From contig CBDHHL010000056.1 of the NCBI GenBank assembly GCA_965263355.1, forward strand, positions 800,001 through 864,000: DNA of 64,000 nt, written 5' to 3'. The notes under the pieces are model-generated. The model was not told the DNA's origin and did not search any database. It worked only from the letters and a program-made list of their open reading frames with translations. Below are positions 29,697 to 41,456 of this stretch, piece after piece (within the stretch, counting starts at the first letter, position 1; every line of letters begins with the position of its first letter). The position numbers were made by a program, and so were the translations under genes. This DNA is from Leptolyngbyaceae cyanobacterium. Its GTDB lineage: Bacteria > Cyanobacteriota > Cyanobacteriia > Phormidesmidales > Phormidesmidaceae.

Positions 29697-32600
29697 CTAG
29701 ACCAACTTCTCACCGTGGAGCATTTTGTTGGCAGCATCCAGCAACGCTTCCTCTAAATAGGGTTTAGTAAAGTAACCGCTAGCTCCCAAATCTACCGCCA
29801 TCTGACGATGACGATCAGCTCCACGGGATGTAAGCATCGCAATGGGAATTTGTTGTAATCCACCATCCTTTTGCAACCGTGATAGCAGTTCTAGACCATC
29901 CATACGGGGCATTTCAATGTCACAGAAGACGAGGTCACAGGGTAAGCCGGAACGCAATTTTTCCCAGGCTTCCTGGCCATCACGAGCTTGTTCAACCCGA
30001 TAACCGACCTTATTAAAGCTCATGGACAACAGCTCACGCACCGTAATGGAATCATCCACAATTAATACAGTTGGTTCTGACTTCACTTTGACCGGTGGTT
30101 CTTCCGGTGGCGCTTCTTCCGATTGAGCCCACAGGGCAGCATTGGGTTCACGACGTACACGTCCCATGGCTAAGTCTATTAGCTCTAACACATCGGCAAT
30201 GGGCATAACACGACCATCCCCTAGAACGGTTGCACCAGCAATGCCAGTAGGTTTGGGAACTGGGCCTTCTAGTTGCTTGATCACAATCTCCTGCTCGCCC
30301 ATCACTTGATCAACTTCCAAAGCAATAAAGCTATTAGCACTACGCAGGACCACAATGGAAATCATATTCTCATCTTGATTACCACCATAGACTCGACCGC
30401 GCCCTAGGGTACGGTTAAAGGACAGCAAATCAGATAGGTTTTGGAAGGGTAGCAACGTGTCCCGCCAGAGAATACAATCTTGCCCCTGGTCATTGCGCTG
30501 GACTCGTTCCCGTGACACATCAAACATATCCTCTACACCATCCATTGGGAAGGCAATGCGGGCCTGATTGCTAATACAGCTAAGGGCCTTAGAAATACTC
30601 AGAGTCAGGGGCAAACGAATAGTAAAGTTGGTGCCACGCCCTAATTCAGAATCGATAGTGATATTACCGCGAATATCAGCTAAAGATGTGCGTACCACAT
30701 CCATGCCAAATCCCCTACCAGCAAAGTCGTCAGCCTGATCTCGGGTACTAAATCCAGGATGAAACAATAGATCATATACATCTAAGACCGTCATTGCTTG
30801 GACATCTGCCTGAGAAATTAACCCTTTTTCCATGGCCTTCCGTTTGACGACATCGGGATCAATTCCAGCCCCATCATCACCAACAGAAATGACGGTTTGA
30901 TTACCCTGATAAAATGCGCGTACCGTAATCAGTCCTTCCGGGGCCTTGCCAGCCCTGCGACGTTCTTCAGGGGTCTCTACCCCATGGGTAATGGCATTAT
31001 TCACCAAGTGGGTCATAGGATCATAAAGTTGCTCCAGGATCATTTTGTCAATCAGAATATCTCGGCCTTCTACTGCCAGCCGAGCTTCCTTACCACACTT
31101 AAGCGAGATATCTCGAACGGCCCGAGGCAAGCGGGATGCGGTTTGGGCAAACGGCACCATGCGAGCCTTATTTAAGCCTTCTTGCAGCTGATTTGTTACT
31201 TGTCTAAATTGACGAGTGACTTGGTCTGATGATTCGACTGTATAGGCAATGTCAGAGGCTGACTCACGGACACGCACAATCAGCTCAATCATTTCCTGGG
31301 ATAGGGTGTGGAATCCGGTGAATCGGTCCATTTCTAAGGCGTCAAAAGACTCACCGGTAGCATGATCCTCTATGTCGGTTCTTTCGACAGCAGCATTTGC
31401 AGAGGTCATTTGATAAGACTGACGGCTAGAAATTAAAGAGCTTTCGAGAAGCGAGCGTTCATAGAGATCACGCATGCGCTGCCCAACATCATTAAGTTGT
31501 TGCACCTGGAACAGTAGGTTGTCTAAAAACTGACGTAAACGTTCTTGATCCTGTTCTAGGGTGTTTCGATTAACTACCAGTTCCCCAACTAAATTACTCA
31601 GATTATCTAAATGATTAACCGATACGCGCATAGTTTGATCGGTCATTATTCGACGGGGCGATAACCGATTAGTCGTAGGCCGATACAATGTGGAACTGCT
31701 AGCTGCTGTGGGGGCTAGGGTTTGATCAGTATCCTGCAATAAGGCTTCAAGATCACCAAATTCGTCATCTATGTCAGATGTGGATAATAATGCCTCAGGA
31801 GCTGGGCTTAAGGAAGGCTCTGGACTTTCGATGAGGGCTTCCAGCTCACTAAATTCGTCGCTGTTGTCAGGAGCAGAATCTGTAGGCTCAACAACTTGTT
31901 CGGACTTCTGAGGTGGTTCTGAGAGTAAGGAGTCCAATGCTTCCAGGTCTAGCGAATCCGATGCTTGATTTTCAGCTGGATCAAAGAAATCTTCAACAGT
32001 TGCAGCAGGTTCTACTGAACTTTCAGGGCTTTGGTTATCTGTGACAAAACCTGTGACGATACCGTCGTCCTCTAGATCGAGCAGGTCAAAATCAATGGCA
32101 CTAACAGATGGTTCACTGAGTATGCTTAAATCCGGGTTGCTTTCGTTGGTATCAAAGGAACTACCACCCAAATCCAAATTAGGTTCCTGCGGATTGATAT
32201 CTTGTTCGTCTGGATTGATGTCTCGCCCATCAGTTGCTTCAGAATTAACCTCCAATAAAATGTCGGTTTCGCCAAATAAAGCATCTAAATCACTATCCGA
32301 TTCGGTAACAGCATCAACATTGTTACTCAACAGATTATCTAATTCAGTGTCTATACCTTCATCTTCATTCCCACTCAACAGGGCATCCAATTCTATATCT
32401 GATGATGAGGCATCGGTTTGACGCTGCTCTTCTGTTTCAGATACTCCTCCATCTTCAGATACCTCATCCTCCAGCTCTAAATCCTCTACAGAGGCCCACA
32501 CATCATATATTTCTGAATTTTCATCTGTCGGAGATTGAGTAAATGTAGCAATATCGTTGCCTGACTCACTCTGATCGAAATCGATCGAAGCAGCTGATGT

Positions 32601-35477
32601 GGATGATGTCTCTATGGACTGCTCAGGGTCAGCCCATAGATCTGCAGATAAATCGTCTGAGCTACTTTGTGACGCTGCTGGATCAGCCATGTTTGAAGTG
32701 CTGTCTATTTCCCAGAGATCCTCATTCAAAGAGTCGGATTCTCTTTCTACTGAGGCAACAGAGGATGAAGCATCATCCAAGGAAAAGAAATCATCAAACT
32801 CAGAGCTTTGAGGATCGGTATCAGAGGTTCCTGCTGTTGCTGAGTCGCTAGCGTCAGTAAAGAAATACTCCGTAGATGCTACAGATTCAGAAGCTTGAAT
32901 ACCACTCTCTGGAGTGTCCTCTAACAAATTTTCTAAATCTGGCTCATCAGAAGCTTGAATATCACTCTCTGGAGTGTCCTCTAACAAATTTTCTAAATCT
33001 GGCTCAATGGATAATATATCTGGCAACGCTAAATCGATCTCTGCAGACTCATCCCTGTTGATATTGTCTGAGGCGGTTAGCTCTTCAAGTTCACCCAAGT
33101 CACCCGATAGCTCAAGTTCACCTAAGTCACCTGATAGGTGTACCAGATTTTCGTCACCAGGGGCGGCGACTGGAACATTGTCTATACCCAGGTCACTAAA
33201 TAGATCATCAGCACTGTCAGTGTCGTCAGCAGTCGTTAAATCACCAAATAGGTCGTCATTAAATAGGTCGTCATTGGCACTGTCAGTGTCGCTATCAGAT
33301 AGTTCAAGTTCATCCAAGCCAGATAGGTCTACTAGATTTTCGTCACTAGGAGCAGCAACTGGAGCATTGTCTATACCCAGGTCATTAAATAGAGCATCAT
33401 CAGCACTGTCAGTGTCGTCAGCAGTCGTTAAATCACCAAATAGGTGGTCATTGGCACTGTCAATGTCGCTATCAGATAGTTCAAGTTCATCCAAGCCAGA
33501 TAGGTCTACTAGATTTTCGTCACTAGGAGCAGCAACTGGAGCATTGTCTATACCCAGGTCACTAAATAGAGCATCATCATCACTGTCAGTATCGCCAGCA
33601 GTCGTTAAATCACCAAATAGGTCATCATCAGCGCTGTTAGTATCGCTATCAAATAGGTCAAGTTCATCCAAGTCATCTGATAGGTCTACTAGATTTTCAT
33701 CACTAGGAGCAGCAACTGGAGCATTGTCTATACCCAGGTCGCTAAATAGATCATCAGCGCTGTCAGTGTCGCCAACAATCGCTAGATCACCAAATAGGTC
33801 ATCATCAGCCTTGTCATTTTTGCTAGTGATGGCCACGTCCCCGAATAAGCTCTCTACAGAAGAGTCAAAACTTTCAGATAATGAGGCTGAGGCATCCAAG
33901 CTTTTGGGAGCATCTGTCGGGTTAGTCTGATTGGCTAAATCGTTATCGAGAACGTCTAAATTGGTGTCGGCTGATGCTTGCTCCCCAAATAAATCATCTA
34001 CATCGGATGAATCGATAGGAATAGCTATGTCGTCAAATAAGCTATCGATAGAAGAATCAAGACTTTCATCAGATTGTGCACTGCCCACATTACCTGGAAC
34101 ATCGGTCTGACTATTGAGAGTCTCTAATTCACTATCAAAATTATCCAGAGGAGTATCAAACAACGATTCTGTAGTATCGACATCTGCGGTGTCGGTATCG
34201 CCAAACAGATCAGCCAGCTCATTACCTGATTCAAAATCATTAGAAGTGCTACCTAATTCTGATGCATCCTCGTTTAGTAAATCCTCAAAGTCAGGAGCAA
34301 TATCTATATCAAGGGACTCAGCTGGTGGAGTTCCTTCATTAAGAGGAATCTCTTCTTCCTGCCAGCCACTGTCAAGGGCATCGCCGCCGATTTCAAACAG
34401 GTCGGCTAAGCTCGTTAGCTCAGCAGCACCAACTTCTGGCCCAGACTGGGATGTCGTTGCATCGCTTAGGAGTTCATCCAAGGTGATGCCGTCGCTACTT
34501 TCTACAGGAGTTTCTAACTCTTCAATCGGCAAATTTGGTTCAAGCGTTGACAGCTCATTAGTATCGATAGACACATTACTGTCTGGTTCATGACTGGCAA
34601 ATAGGTTATCTATACCATCGTTGGCATCTACTATATTTCCTTGCTCTGCCAAGGTTCGCAGTGTTTCGGAGAGTAATATCTCAGGTTCACGACCGGCTAA
34701 AACTAAGTCCTGGGCTTTTTTGATTTCCTTAATCAAAACGGGAGCTAGGGTACGGTAGTCGTTGTTGCGATCGCACACTGCCCAGCGAGCATGCTTCACC
34801 AAATTCATCCAGGTTGGTAAATTAAACTGCTCTCCAAAACGTTCTAATAATCGACAACAGCCCTCCAGGGCGGCTCTACCATCGTCAGTGTCAGCCTGCT
34901 TGAACCGCGCCAGCATTTCTCTGAGAGCAGCCGATACATCACTGCTAAACACAAGCTTTAAAGCACTTTCCTCAACCAGACGTGGGGAAGGCACGGTCGA
35001 TACAGCAGCAGGAGCAACAACAGCTTCCCTAGGAGGCTGATTAGTATCTGCTACAGCCACTAGGCGCTCTAAGTGGTCCTGCAACTGCTGAAATACTGGT
35101 TCCACATCAGCCATGATGCTCTGTTCTTTGTCCTCAGTCAGACCAAATGGCCCCTGTAACTGTTCGAGCAGTTCTTGCAGTGCATCAAACACTTTCAAGA
35201 ACATAGACTCCAAAGAACGATCTACTTGAATCGGTGACTCTTTAAGTAGCTTAAAGTAATCCTCCATCCGGTGGGATGTGCGCTGCATACTCTCAATGCC
35301 TAGCATGGCGGCACCGCCTTTGACAGAGTGAGCAGCCCGAAACAGCTCGTTAGCCATTTCAGGATTGCCAATGGTTGCCTGGAGATTGAGCAACCCCTGC
35401 TCAATCGTATTGAGATGATCTTTGGCTTCTTCAATGAAGTAGCCCAATATACGCTGTTGTTGCTCAGGCACCATCAC
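29697..35477 (-). CDS. hmpE: CheA-like hybrid kinase (Hpt, long acidic linker, kinase, CheW, REC)
   Basis: FRAAHSVKGGA, HLVNNAITHG, DDGAGID, GRGFGMDVV, C-terminal REC CDIEMPRMDG; last gene of the PatA-CheY-CheW-MCP-CheA operon. Confidence 0.88.
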   Translation of the reverse strand: MMVPEQQQRILGYFIEEAKDHLNTIEQGLLNLQATIGNPEMANELFRAAHSVKGGAAMLGIESMQRTSHRMEDYFKLLKESPIQVDRSLESMFLKVFDALQELLEQLQGPFGLTEDKEQSIMADVEPVFQQLQDHLERLVAVADTNQPPREAVVAPAAVSTVPSPRLVEESALKLVFSSDVSAALREMLARFKQADTDDGRAALEGCCRLLERFGEQFNLPTWMNLVKHARWAVCDRNNDYRTLAPVLIKEIKKAQDLVLAGREPEILLSETLRTLAEQGNIVDANDGIDNLFASHEPDSNVSIDTNELSTLEPNLPIEELETPVESSDGITLDELLSDATTSQSGPEVGAAELTSLADLFEIGGDALDSGWQEEEIPLNEGTPPAESLDIDIAPDFEDLLNEDASELGSTSNDFESGNELADLFGDTDTADVDTTESLFDTPLDNFDSELETLNSQTDVPGNVGSAQSDESLDSSIDSLFDDIAIPIDSSDVDDLFGEQASADTNLDVLDNDLANQTNPTDAPKSLDASASLSESFDSSVESLFGDVAITSKNDKADDDLFGDLAIVGDTDSADDLFSDLGIDNAPVAAPSDENLVDLSDDLDELDLFDSDTNSADDDLFGDLTTAGDTDSDDDALFSDLGIDNAPVAAPSDENLVDLSGLDELELSDSDIDSANDHLFGDLTTADDTDSADDALFNDLGIDNAPVAAPSDENLVDLSGLDELELSDSDTDSANDDLFNDDLFGDLTTADDTDSADDLFSDLGIDNVPVAAPGDENLVHLSGDLGELELSGDLGELEELTASDNINRDESAEIDLALPDILSIEPDLENLLEDTPESDIQASDEPDLENLLEDTPESGIQASESVASTEYFFTDASDSATAGTSDTDPQSSEFDDFFSLDDASSSVASVERESDSLNEDLWEIDSTSNMADPAASQSSSDDLSADLWADPEQSIETSSTSAASIDFDQSESGNDIATFTQSPTDENSEIYDVWASVEDLELEDEVSEDGGVSETEEQRQTDASSSDIELDALLSGNEDEGIDTELDNLLSNNVDAVTESDSDLDALFGETDILLEVNSEATDGRDINPDEQDINPQEPNLDLGGSSFDTNESNPDLSILSEPSVSAIDFDLLDLEDDGIVTGFVTDNQSPESSVEPAATVEDFFDPAENQASDSLDLEALDSLLSEPPQKSEQVVEPTDSAPDNSDEFSELEALIESPEPSLSPAPEALLSTSDIDDEFGDLEALLQDTDQTLAPTAASSSTLYRPTTNRLSPRRIMTDQTMRVSVNHLDNLSNLVGELVVNRNTLEQDQERLRQFLDNLLFQVQQLNDVGQRMRDLYERSLLESSLISSRQSYQMTSANAAVERTDIEDHATGESFDALEMDRFTGFHTLSQEMIELIVRVRESASDIAYTVESSDQVTRQFRQVTNQLQEGLNKARMVPFAQTASRLPRAVRDISLKCGKEARLAVEGRDILIDKMILEQLYDPMTHLVNNAITHGVETPEERRRAGKAPEGLITVRAFYQGNQTVISVGDDGAGIDPDVVKRKAMEKGLISQADVQAMTVLDVYDLLFHPGFSTRDQADDFAGRGFGMDVVRTSLADIRGNITIDSELGRGTNFTIRLPLTLSISKALSCISNQARIAFPMDGVEDMFDVSRERVQRNDQGQDCILWRDTLLPFQNLSDLLSFNRTLGRGRVYGGNQDENMISIVVLRSANSFIALEVDQVMGEQEIVIKQLEGPVPKPTGIAGATVLGDGRVMPIADVLELIDLAMGRVRREPNAALWAQSEEAPPEEPPVKVKSEPTVLIVDDSITVRELLSMSFNKVGYRVEQARDGQEAWEKLRSGLPCDLVFCDIEMPRMDGLELLSRLQKDGGLQQIPIAMLTSRGADRHRQMAVDLGASGYFTKPYLEEALLDAANKMLHGEKLV
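32887..33006. repeat. Intragenic 60 bp tandem duplication
   Basis: TCAGAAGCTTGAATA(C/T)CACTCTCTGGAGTG..GGCTCA twice, one mismatch. Confidence 0.95.
33085..33810. repeat. Intragenic tandem repeat, 4 units of about 177-189 bp
   Basis: GGA(G/A)CATTGTCTATACCCAGGTC starts at 33172, 33361, 33538 and 33718. Confidence 0.93.
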
Positions 35478-35535
35478 CCTCGTCTCCCTAGATGAAATCG
35501 AAAATTAGGCCAGTCCTTCTGTATGTGATACCAAA

Positions 35536-38454
35536 CTACTTCTTGTCACCCTCTACCTTAAAGCGCTCTACCGATGTCAGTAGATCTCGAGCTACACCTA
35601 CTAGATTTTGCAGAGAAGCCGACACCCGTTGAGACTCTTGAGATGTCTCTTGGGCAGTCAGTTCAACGGATTGCATAACCTGAGCAACAGCTCGTGATGT
35701 TTCAGTTTGCTCGACAGTATCAGCGGTAATGGAACGTACCAGTACGTCAATACGATTAGATACCTGAATGATATCCTCCAGGGATCGTTTTGCCTGTTCC
35801 GCTAAGCGAGTTCCCTCAATCACCTGCTGTGTACCTTCTTCCATCGCCGTCATTACACCGCTCGTCTCACCCTGGATTTGTAAAACGATTTGCTCGATTT
35901 CTTTTGAGGCCTTAGCGGCTCGATCAGCCAGCTGGCGCACCTCATCGGCCACAATCGCAAAGCCACGACCTGCTTCTCCAGCACGAGCTGCCTCGATACT
36001 GGCATTGAGAGCCAGCAGATTAGTTCGAGAAGCAATCTGAGAAATCAATGCCACAATCTTAGAAATTTCTTGGGAGGATTCAGCCAAACGCTTTACCTTG
36101 CGAGTGGTTTCAGCCACTGTCTCGCGAATTTCCAAGATACCGGCCACCGTACGTTCTACGGCTTCACCACCGCGTAATGCTGTCGCCGACGCTGAACGAG
36201 CAACTTCTTCAGCTTCCCTGGCACTGTCTGCCACTCGTTGAATTGACTCAGTCATCACCTGAACCGAATTTAAGGTAACTGCCAATTCCTCAGCTTGACG
36301 CAGCGCATCCGCCGATAGGCTGCGGGCAAACATTTCATTGTCTGAAGAGCTTTTGGTAACCTGCAAGGCTGCTGCACTTACCTGCTGCACAATTTCCCGT
36401 AAATTCTGAATGGTTAAGTTAAACGAATCGGCAACTGCGCCCAAAACATCAGCTGTCACCTCTGCCTGTACGGTCAAATCACCTCGAGCCGCTCCCTCTA
36501 CATCATCCAGTAGACGAATCACCTGGCGTTGTAAGTCCTCTTTAGCTTGTTCTTGTTCCTGTGCTTTACGCTGGGCCTCACTTGTCGTTGTCAGAATGAC
36601 CCGAGCCATTTGATTAAAGCCTACAGCCAACTGCCCCAAATCATCGCTGGAGTATGCTGTTGCCCGAGCATTAAGATCTCCTTGAGAAACTAAGTCAAAC
36701 TGCTGCTGCAGGTTATCAATTGAGCGCTTAGCCTGACGATCTATCAAAAAGCCTAAGCCCAAGACCGTTAATGCACTTGTAACAGCTGCAGTACATGCCA
36801 TGATCGGTGGATAAACATGAGCAATTAAATTGCGACTTTTTGGAGGCGTATCTTCTGGCAAACGACCTATGAGTACAAGGTTTACCCCAGCAACAGCTGC
36901 CATGGATACTAAAAATGTTGTCCCCGCCATAATCAAGCGTTTAGTTCCTAGAGGGAAGTTGTTTAAGGCACTAAACATGCCTTCGCTCTCTACCTCAGCG
37001 ACAACCGCAGGAGCTTCATCTCCTTGAGTAAAAGACGGGAGTTGGTCAGCAGTTTCAATACTGAAAATATCATCATCACCAATAATTGACTGATCCTCCT
37101 CCTCGACCAAACTAAACCCAGAACCACCACGAGTCATGGGATCTTCAGAAAATACCCCTTCAGAACTTGCAGCTGGTTCCGTGAATTCAGTAGAGCCTCC
37201 TTCAGAAAGATCAAATTCTGGTAAGCTGCCTAAATCGTCAAATTCATCAAACTCATCCAGAAAATCGATATCTCCACCTTGCTGGCTTTCTAAGCCTTCC
37301 ATCGTGTCTACACCTGGAAAGGTCTGCTCCCCAAATTCCTCCAGCTCATTATCGGCACCCTCCATGCCTGACAGCGTTGATGCTTCCCCAAATTCTTGAA
37401 AGCCTTCCGCAGGAGGCATAGCAGCAGTTTGCTCATCAGCCTCAGGCTCCATCATGAAGAGGGTTTTATCTTCAGGCTCCTCTAACAGATTTTGCCCAGC
37501 ATCTAGGCTTGAGCCAGCGTCTAAACTGACTTCCATGCCTGGGTTACCGACATCTGGAATGCTACCTGTTTCCAAGAAATCATCTACATCTGGAAAGTCA
37601 GCAAATTCATCTGAGCCAGCAGGAGCTGATGGAAAAGCTTCATCAAAATCGTCTTGATCAAATTGAGACAGATCTTGAGCTGATGCCCCATCACGTACAA
37701 CACTATCAAGAGTAATATCCTCTTCTTCTGAGGATTCAATTAGACCTTCTAAACTACTATCTGCGAATGGATCTAAAAGCTCGGCATTACCTAGCTCTCC
37801 ACCCACTGATAAGTTACTAATAGAAAAGGGGTCATCATCGTCTAGCTCATCTAAACTCAAGTTCTGACTACCAGCGGTACTCTCATAGTCGGCTGTGGCA
37901 TTAAAGGGGTCAGCCATCATAGCTGCATTGGACATATCGTAGCTATCATTGCTTGCTACGATATCTGGCCCAACGATTTTGAGGTCAGTGGATGGGTCGG
38001 TTGATGGTTCAGTCTGAAGACTAGAGCCATCCGCGTCTTCAAAGGACAAATCTAGCCCTGCACTCAAGTCGTCATCGTCATCCCCTTCTCCCATATCACC
38101 GTAGAGTTCAATAGAGTCAAATAAACCTTCTCCATTGATCTCATCTAAGCCATTGTCACTTGCCTGTACCTGGCCAACATCCATCTGCTCTGCATAGGTA
38201 AGACCATTGTTGGCGTAATTTACAAACTCAGGATCAGACGTTAAATCTAAAACAGACTTGTATTGAGTACGTGCTATATCGTACACGCTGAGCCCGTAGC
38301 AATAGATGTGACCCTTGAGCAGGAGCACATTTGGATCGCTCGGGTAGTTCTCCGCCAGTTGCTCAATAATGTCAGCAGCCTGTTCATAACTGCCTTGCAT
38401 GTATGCGCGTTCTGCAGCTTGATACGTTTGAGCGTAATCTATGCCCGATGCCAT
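35536..38454 (-). CDS. hmpD: Methyl-accepting chemotaxis protein with N-terminal TPR and acidic region
   Basis: [38 protein letters not shown] domains; 2 TMs. Confidence 0.88.
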   Translation of the reverse strand: MASGIDYAQTYQAAERAYMQGSYEQAADIIEQLAENYPSDPNVLLLKGHIYCYGLSVYDIARTQYKSVLDLTSDPEFVNYANNGLTYAEQMDVGQVQASDNGLDEINGEGLFDSIELYGDMGEGDDDDDLSAGLDLSFEDADGSSLQTEPSTDPSTDLKIVGPDIVASNDSYDMSNAAMMADPFNATADYESTAGSQNLSLDELDDDDPFSISNLSVGGELGNAELLDPFADSSLEGLIESSEEEDITLDSVVRDGASAQDLSQFDQDDFDEAFPSAPAGSDEFADFPDVDDFLETGSIPDVGNPGMEVSLDAGSSLDAGQNLLEEPEDKTLFMMEPEADEQTAAMPPAEGFQEFGEASTLSGMEGADNELEEFGEQTFPGVDTMEGLESQQGGDIDFLDEFDEFDDLGSLPEFDLSEGGSTEFTEPAASSEGVFSEDPMTRGGSGFSLVEEEDQSIIGDDDIFSIETADQLPSFTQGDEAPAVVAEVESEGMFSALNNFPLGTKRLIMAGTTFLVSMAAVAGVNLVLIGRLPEDTPPKSRNLIAHVYPPIMACTAAVTSALTVLGLGFLIDRQAKRSIDNLQQQFDLVSQGDLNARATAYSSDDLGQLAVGFNQMARVILTTTSEAQRKAQEQEQAKEDLQRQVIRLLDDVEGAARGDLTVQAEVTADVLGAVADSFNLTIQNLREIVQQVSAAALQVTKSSSDNEMFARSLSADALRQAEELAVTLNSVQVMTESIQRVADSAREAEEVARSASATALRGGEAVERTVAGILEIRETVAETTRKVKRLAESSQEISKIVALISQIASRTNLLALNASIEAARAGEAGRGFAIVADEVRQLADRAAKASKEIEQIVLQIQGETSGVMTAMEEGTQQVIEGTRLAEQAKRSLEDIIQVSNRIDVLVRSITADTVEQTETSRAVAQVMQSVELTAQETSQESQRVSASLQNLVGVARDLLTSVERFKVEGDKK

Positions 38455-38504
38455 CTGTATTCTCCTGCCAGTCTAAACATCTCCATGTTGTCAAACCATC
38501 AAAA

Positions 38505-39035
38505 CTAAGCTACCCAACGCGCTGAGCGCAATATGGCAACGTGGTCTAGAAGGCGTAATGAGCGATCCGTATTGGCATCCAGTACCCATTCACCCCTGAG
38601 AAAAGGTGCCATTGTATCTGAATAGTCGCGAGACATTTTCATGCGCTCTGCGTCTAACCAGTCTGTACCAACTATCTGATTAACGGCTAAGCCTAACATA
38701 GTCCCCTGATGTTCGACAGCAATTACTGGAATTTCTGCTCTGTCAGTATTCATGGGTTGAGGATAACCAAGAAACTGACCCAAATCAGCCACCCAAATAA
38801 CACGCCCTTGCTCATTTAAGGTGCCAAGCAATAGTGGGGATACATTGGGGACAGGCGTAATCCGATCAGGAGGATTTTCAATAATCCTACGAATACCAAT
38901 GGCAGGTAAGGCAAATTCGTCATTGGAACCTATATAGAAGCGCAGATGGAGTTCTCCATCAGGCGTTTCAATTTTTTGTAGTTCAGGGTCTTGATCTTGC
39001 CCTACTCCGGTTTGAAAGTCTGGATTACCTACCAT
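38505..39035 (-). CDS. hmpC: CheW adaptor
   Basis: ITPVPNVSPLLLGTLN..GRVIWVADLGQFLG. Confidence 0.88.
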   Translation of the reverse strand: MVGNPDFQTGVGQDQDPELQKIETPDGELHLRFYIGSNDEFALPAIGIRRIIENPPDRITPVPNVSPLLLGTLNEQGRVIWVADLGQFLGYPQPMNTDRAEIPVIAVEHQGTMLGLAVNQIVGTDWLDAERMKMSRDYSDTMAPFLRGEWVLDANTDRSLRLLDHVAILRSARWVA

Positions 39036-39067
39036 CGGCTCCTATAACCTCAAAAATCATTGGCATT

Positions 39068-39433
39068 TCAATCTCGTAGTAGCTGTTTAACGGTACCTAC
39101 TAGTTCCGTTGGCTGAAATGGCTTAGCAATGTAAGCATCAGCTCCTTGTTTCATACCCCAATAACGATCAAATTCTTCGCCTTTAGATGAACACAGTACA
39201 ACTGGTAAATTTTGGGTGGCTGGATCGGATTTAATTCGTCTGCAGACTTCATACCCATTCATACGTGGCATGACGATATCTAAAACGACCAAATCAGGTA
39301 AATCTCCCTGGATATGAGCTAATGCCTCAACACCATCACTAGCAACGGTAACTTTGAGACCATTACCTTTCAATAGGTCGATAATCATTTCTCGTTGAGC
39401 AACACTGTCTTCCACTACTAAAACCGTACTCAT
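39068..39433 (-). CDS. hmpB: CheY-like response regulator
   Basis: LDIVMPRMNGYEVCR, SSKGEEFDRYWGMKQGADAYIAKPF. Confidence 0.9.
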   Translation of the reverse strand: MSTVLVVEDSVAQREMIIDLLKGNGLKVTVASDGVEALAHIQGDLPDLVVLDIVMPRMNGYEVCRRIKSDPATQNLPVVLCSSKGEEFDRYWGMKQGADAYIAKPFQPTELVGTVKQLLRD

Positions 39434-39515
39434 AACCTGAATTTCGCCGTTTAAGACCGGTTCATATCTTGATTCAACTCATTATGCCCTTCCTAGGGGA
39501 AATAGCTAGTTGACT

Positions 39516-39524
39516 AGTATGCCC
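39516..39524 (-). promoter_or_regulatory. Possible SigJ-type promoter box GGGCATACT upstream of hmpB
   Basis: 8/9 match to the Nostoc J-box GGGAATACT, about 83 bp before the hmpB start. Confidence 0.45.
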
Positions 39525-39707
39525 AGTTGGTTTTGACCTTCGAGGCCAAGCAGCGATTGGTTAGCTATTGAGTGCATAATGCACACCCTACCGCTTGTGC
39601 CTAATAAAATACCCGTACACGTCCAATTTATTAAACTTTTATCAAAATTCTTTTATTTGCTTAGCGTTCAACTAATTGACCATATATGCGAATGCATTGT
39701 TGATTGA

Positions 39708-40907
39708 TCACGGATGACTCCAGGTTTCAGGATTTAAGGTAGCCGATATTTCTTGCTCAAGTAATGTTTCCGGAGCAAGACGTTTAGGATTTCCTCGACC
39801 CACATATTTTTCTACTAAGGCTAGTAATTCCGGCTCACCAAAGGGTTTGGTTAGGTAGTCTGTAGCTCCAGCCATGTTGGCCTTCACTCGCTCAACAAAG
39901 CTGTCTTGCCCCGTCAGCATAATGATGGGCACCGATTGAAAGCATGGGGCTTGTCTTAACATTGCACATAGTTGATGGCCTTCTAGCTCAGGCATGGTGA
40001 CATCACAGAGGATGAGATCTGGCTTAAGGCTAAATAATAAGCTTAAAGCTTTAACCGGGTTAGAAATGGAGGTAACTTCATATCCATAGGCATCCAACAT
40101 TATTTCTATGGCTTGACGTACAGCTAAGGTATCGTCAATGCATACGATGCGAGGTACAGCATTGACAATGGATGAGCCTTTTCCTGTCTGGTTGGATGAT
40201 GACTGTGAGGGATGTAAAAGCTGAACTTGACCTTTTTGAATATGAGGGTATAGCTCATTTGCTACGCTAAAAATATTGCGATTCAAATAGCGTGAAATTT
40301 GAATGATAGGTGTTTTGCCGTTAGCCATTGTTAAAGGCGAAGGCAGGCTTAACGTTGTTTCTAGACGATAAGTATCTGCAAGCAGTGGACAATCGTAAAA
40401 TGAGTTGATATGAGGTTGTAGCTGTAACCAGCCATGTAGCTGTTGGATAACACGTTTGACTAGAGGGCCAATGTTAAAATCGGTTAATTGGGGACTTAGC
40501 ATGGCGTGAAACTGAAAAGAGAATCGTCCCTGATGCAAACTGATGACTTCGAACAGCGTTTCCTCGATCAGACGATAAAGGACAGAGCGAGCTTGTTGGG
40601 TAGTGAGGTGATTATTCTCTAATAGCCACCAGAGAGCCCCGTATTCGGGTGGTCTTAGGGGGGCTAAATTAGATAAATTAACATTTGCCCAATTGATGGA
40701 GAGCTGCAGCGGATGCAAAATGTCCCGTAGCCGTTCAATTTGTTCATCAGTGCGTCCGGCGTAGAGGATGCCGCCATTGGCAAAGAAAATAAGCCAAGAA
40801 TTGGTTTGTCCATCGAACGCCTCAATATAGAGTTCTCCGGTTTGCTGACCAATGTCAATCAGTTGAAAAATACTGCGAATATCCAGCTCGCTTAACTGGC
40901 CTTGCAT
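39708..40907 (-). CDS. hmpA: PatA-type response regulator
   Basis: MQGQLSELDIRSIFQLI..GQQTGEL N-terminal domain plus C-terminal REC. Confidence 0.85.
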   Translation of the reverse strand: MQGQLSELDIRSIFQLIDIGQQTGELYIEAFDGQTNSWLIFFANGGILYAGRTDEQIERLRDILHPLQLSINWANVNLSNLAPLRPPEYGALWWLLENNHLTTQQARSVLYRLIEETLFEVISLHQGRFSFQFHAMLSPQLTDFNIGPLVKRVIQQLHGWLQLQPHINSFYDCPLLADTYRLETTLSLPSPLTMANGKTPIIQISRYLNRNIFSVANELYPHIQKGQVQLLHPSQSSSNQTGKGSSIVNAVPRIVCIDDTLAVRQAIEIMLDAYGYEVTSISNPVKALSLLFSLKPDLILCDVTMPELEGHQLCAMLRQAPCFQSVPIIMLTGQDSFVERVKANMAGATDYLTKPFGEPELLALVEKYVGRGNPKRLAPETLLEQEISATLNPETWSHP

Positions 40908-41456
40908 AGATTTGTCCTAAGGAATTGGCACTTGGTAACTAGGTTGGCTACATTGATATACGGCATTAGCTACAATTATTAGCATTTAACAGTAGCTATA
41001 CTATTGCCATATAGGTTGACTATGGTTTTCAAGTAGTTTAGCTGCCGCTTAATAAGGTGACATCTTTTGCGTGAATGATATATGTTGAGGCCAATTTATT
41101 CTTTTACGTGAATATAGCAATGTATATGTTATGGACAAAGATACGAACCCATTAGGTAATGGCCTTTAGGCTATATGCTTTCGGAAAGTGTTCTATTGAG
41201 TTAAAGTTTTCCAGTCAACCCGGATACACTGATCAAGTGGCTTAATTTGGTGAATTGCTGGAAGATTTTAGGTAGCCTCACTTTATTTGGGTATAGTCTT
41301 ACCTTTATAAGTACAGTGACACTATTGATTTTGCATCGATAGTTTGATAGATACAGTGCCTTAGGCCTTTATATTACTAACGAAACGAAACGTGGATATT
41401 GTGTAGGTAGGTAGCTGTTTCCGGTAGCTATTTGTATAGACTAAGGGGATGCCAGC

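Noticed and set aside
33085..33810. Regularly spaced repeats that might suggest a CRISPR array
   Set aside because: Units are about 180 bp, in frame within a CDS, with no unique spacers or cas genes
32041..35040. Long Ser-rich + strand ORFs such as 32974-33930
   Set aside because: Antisense shadows of the repetitive acidic CheA linker
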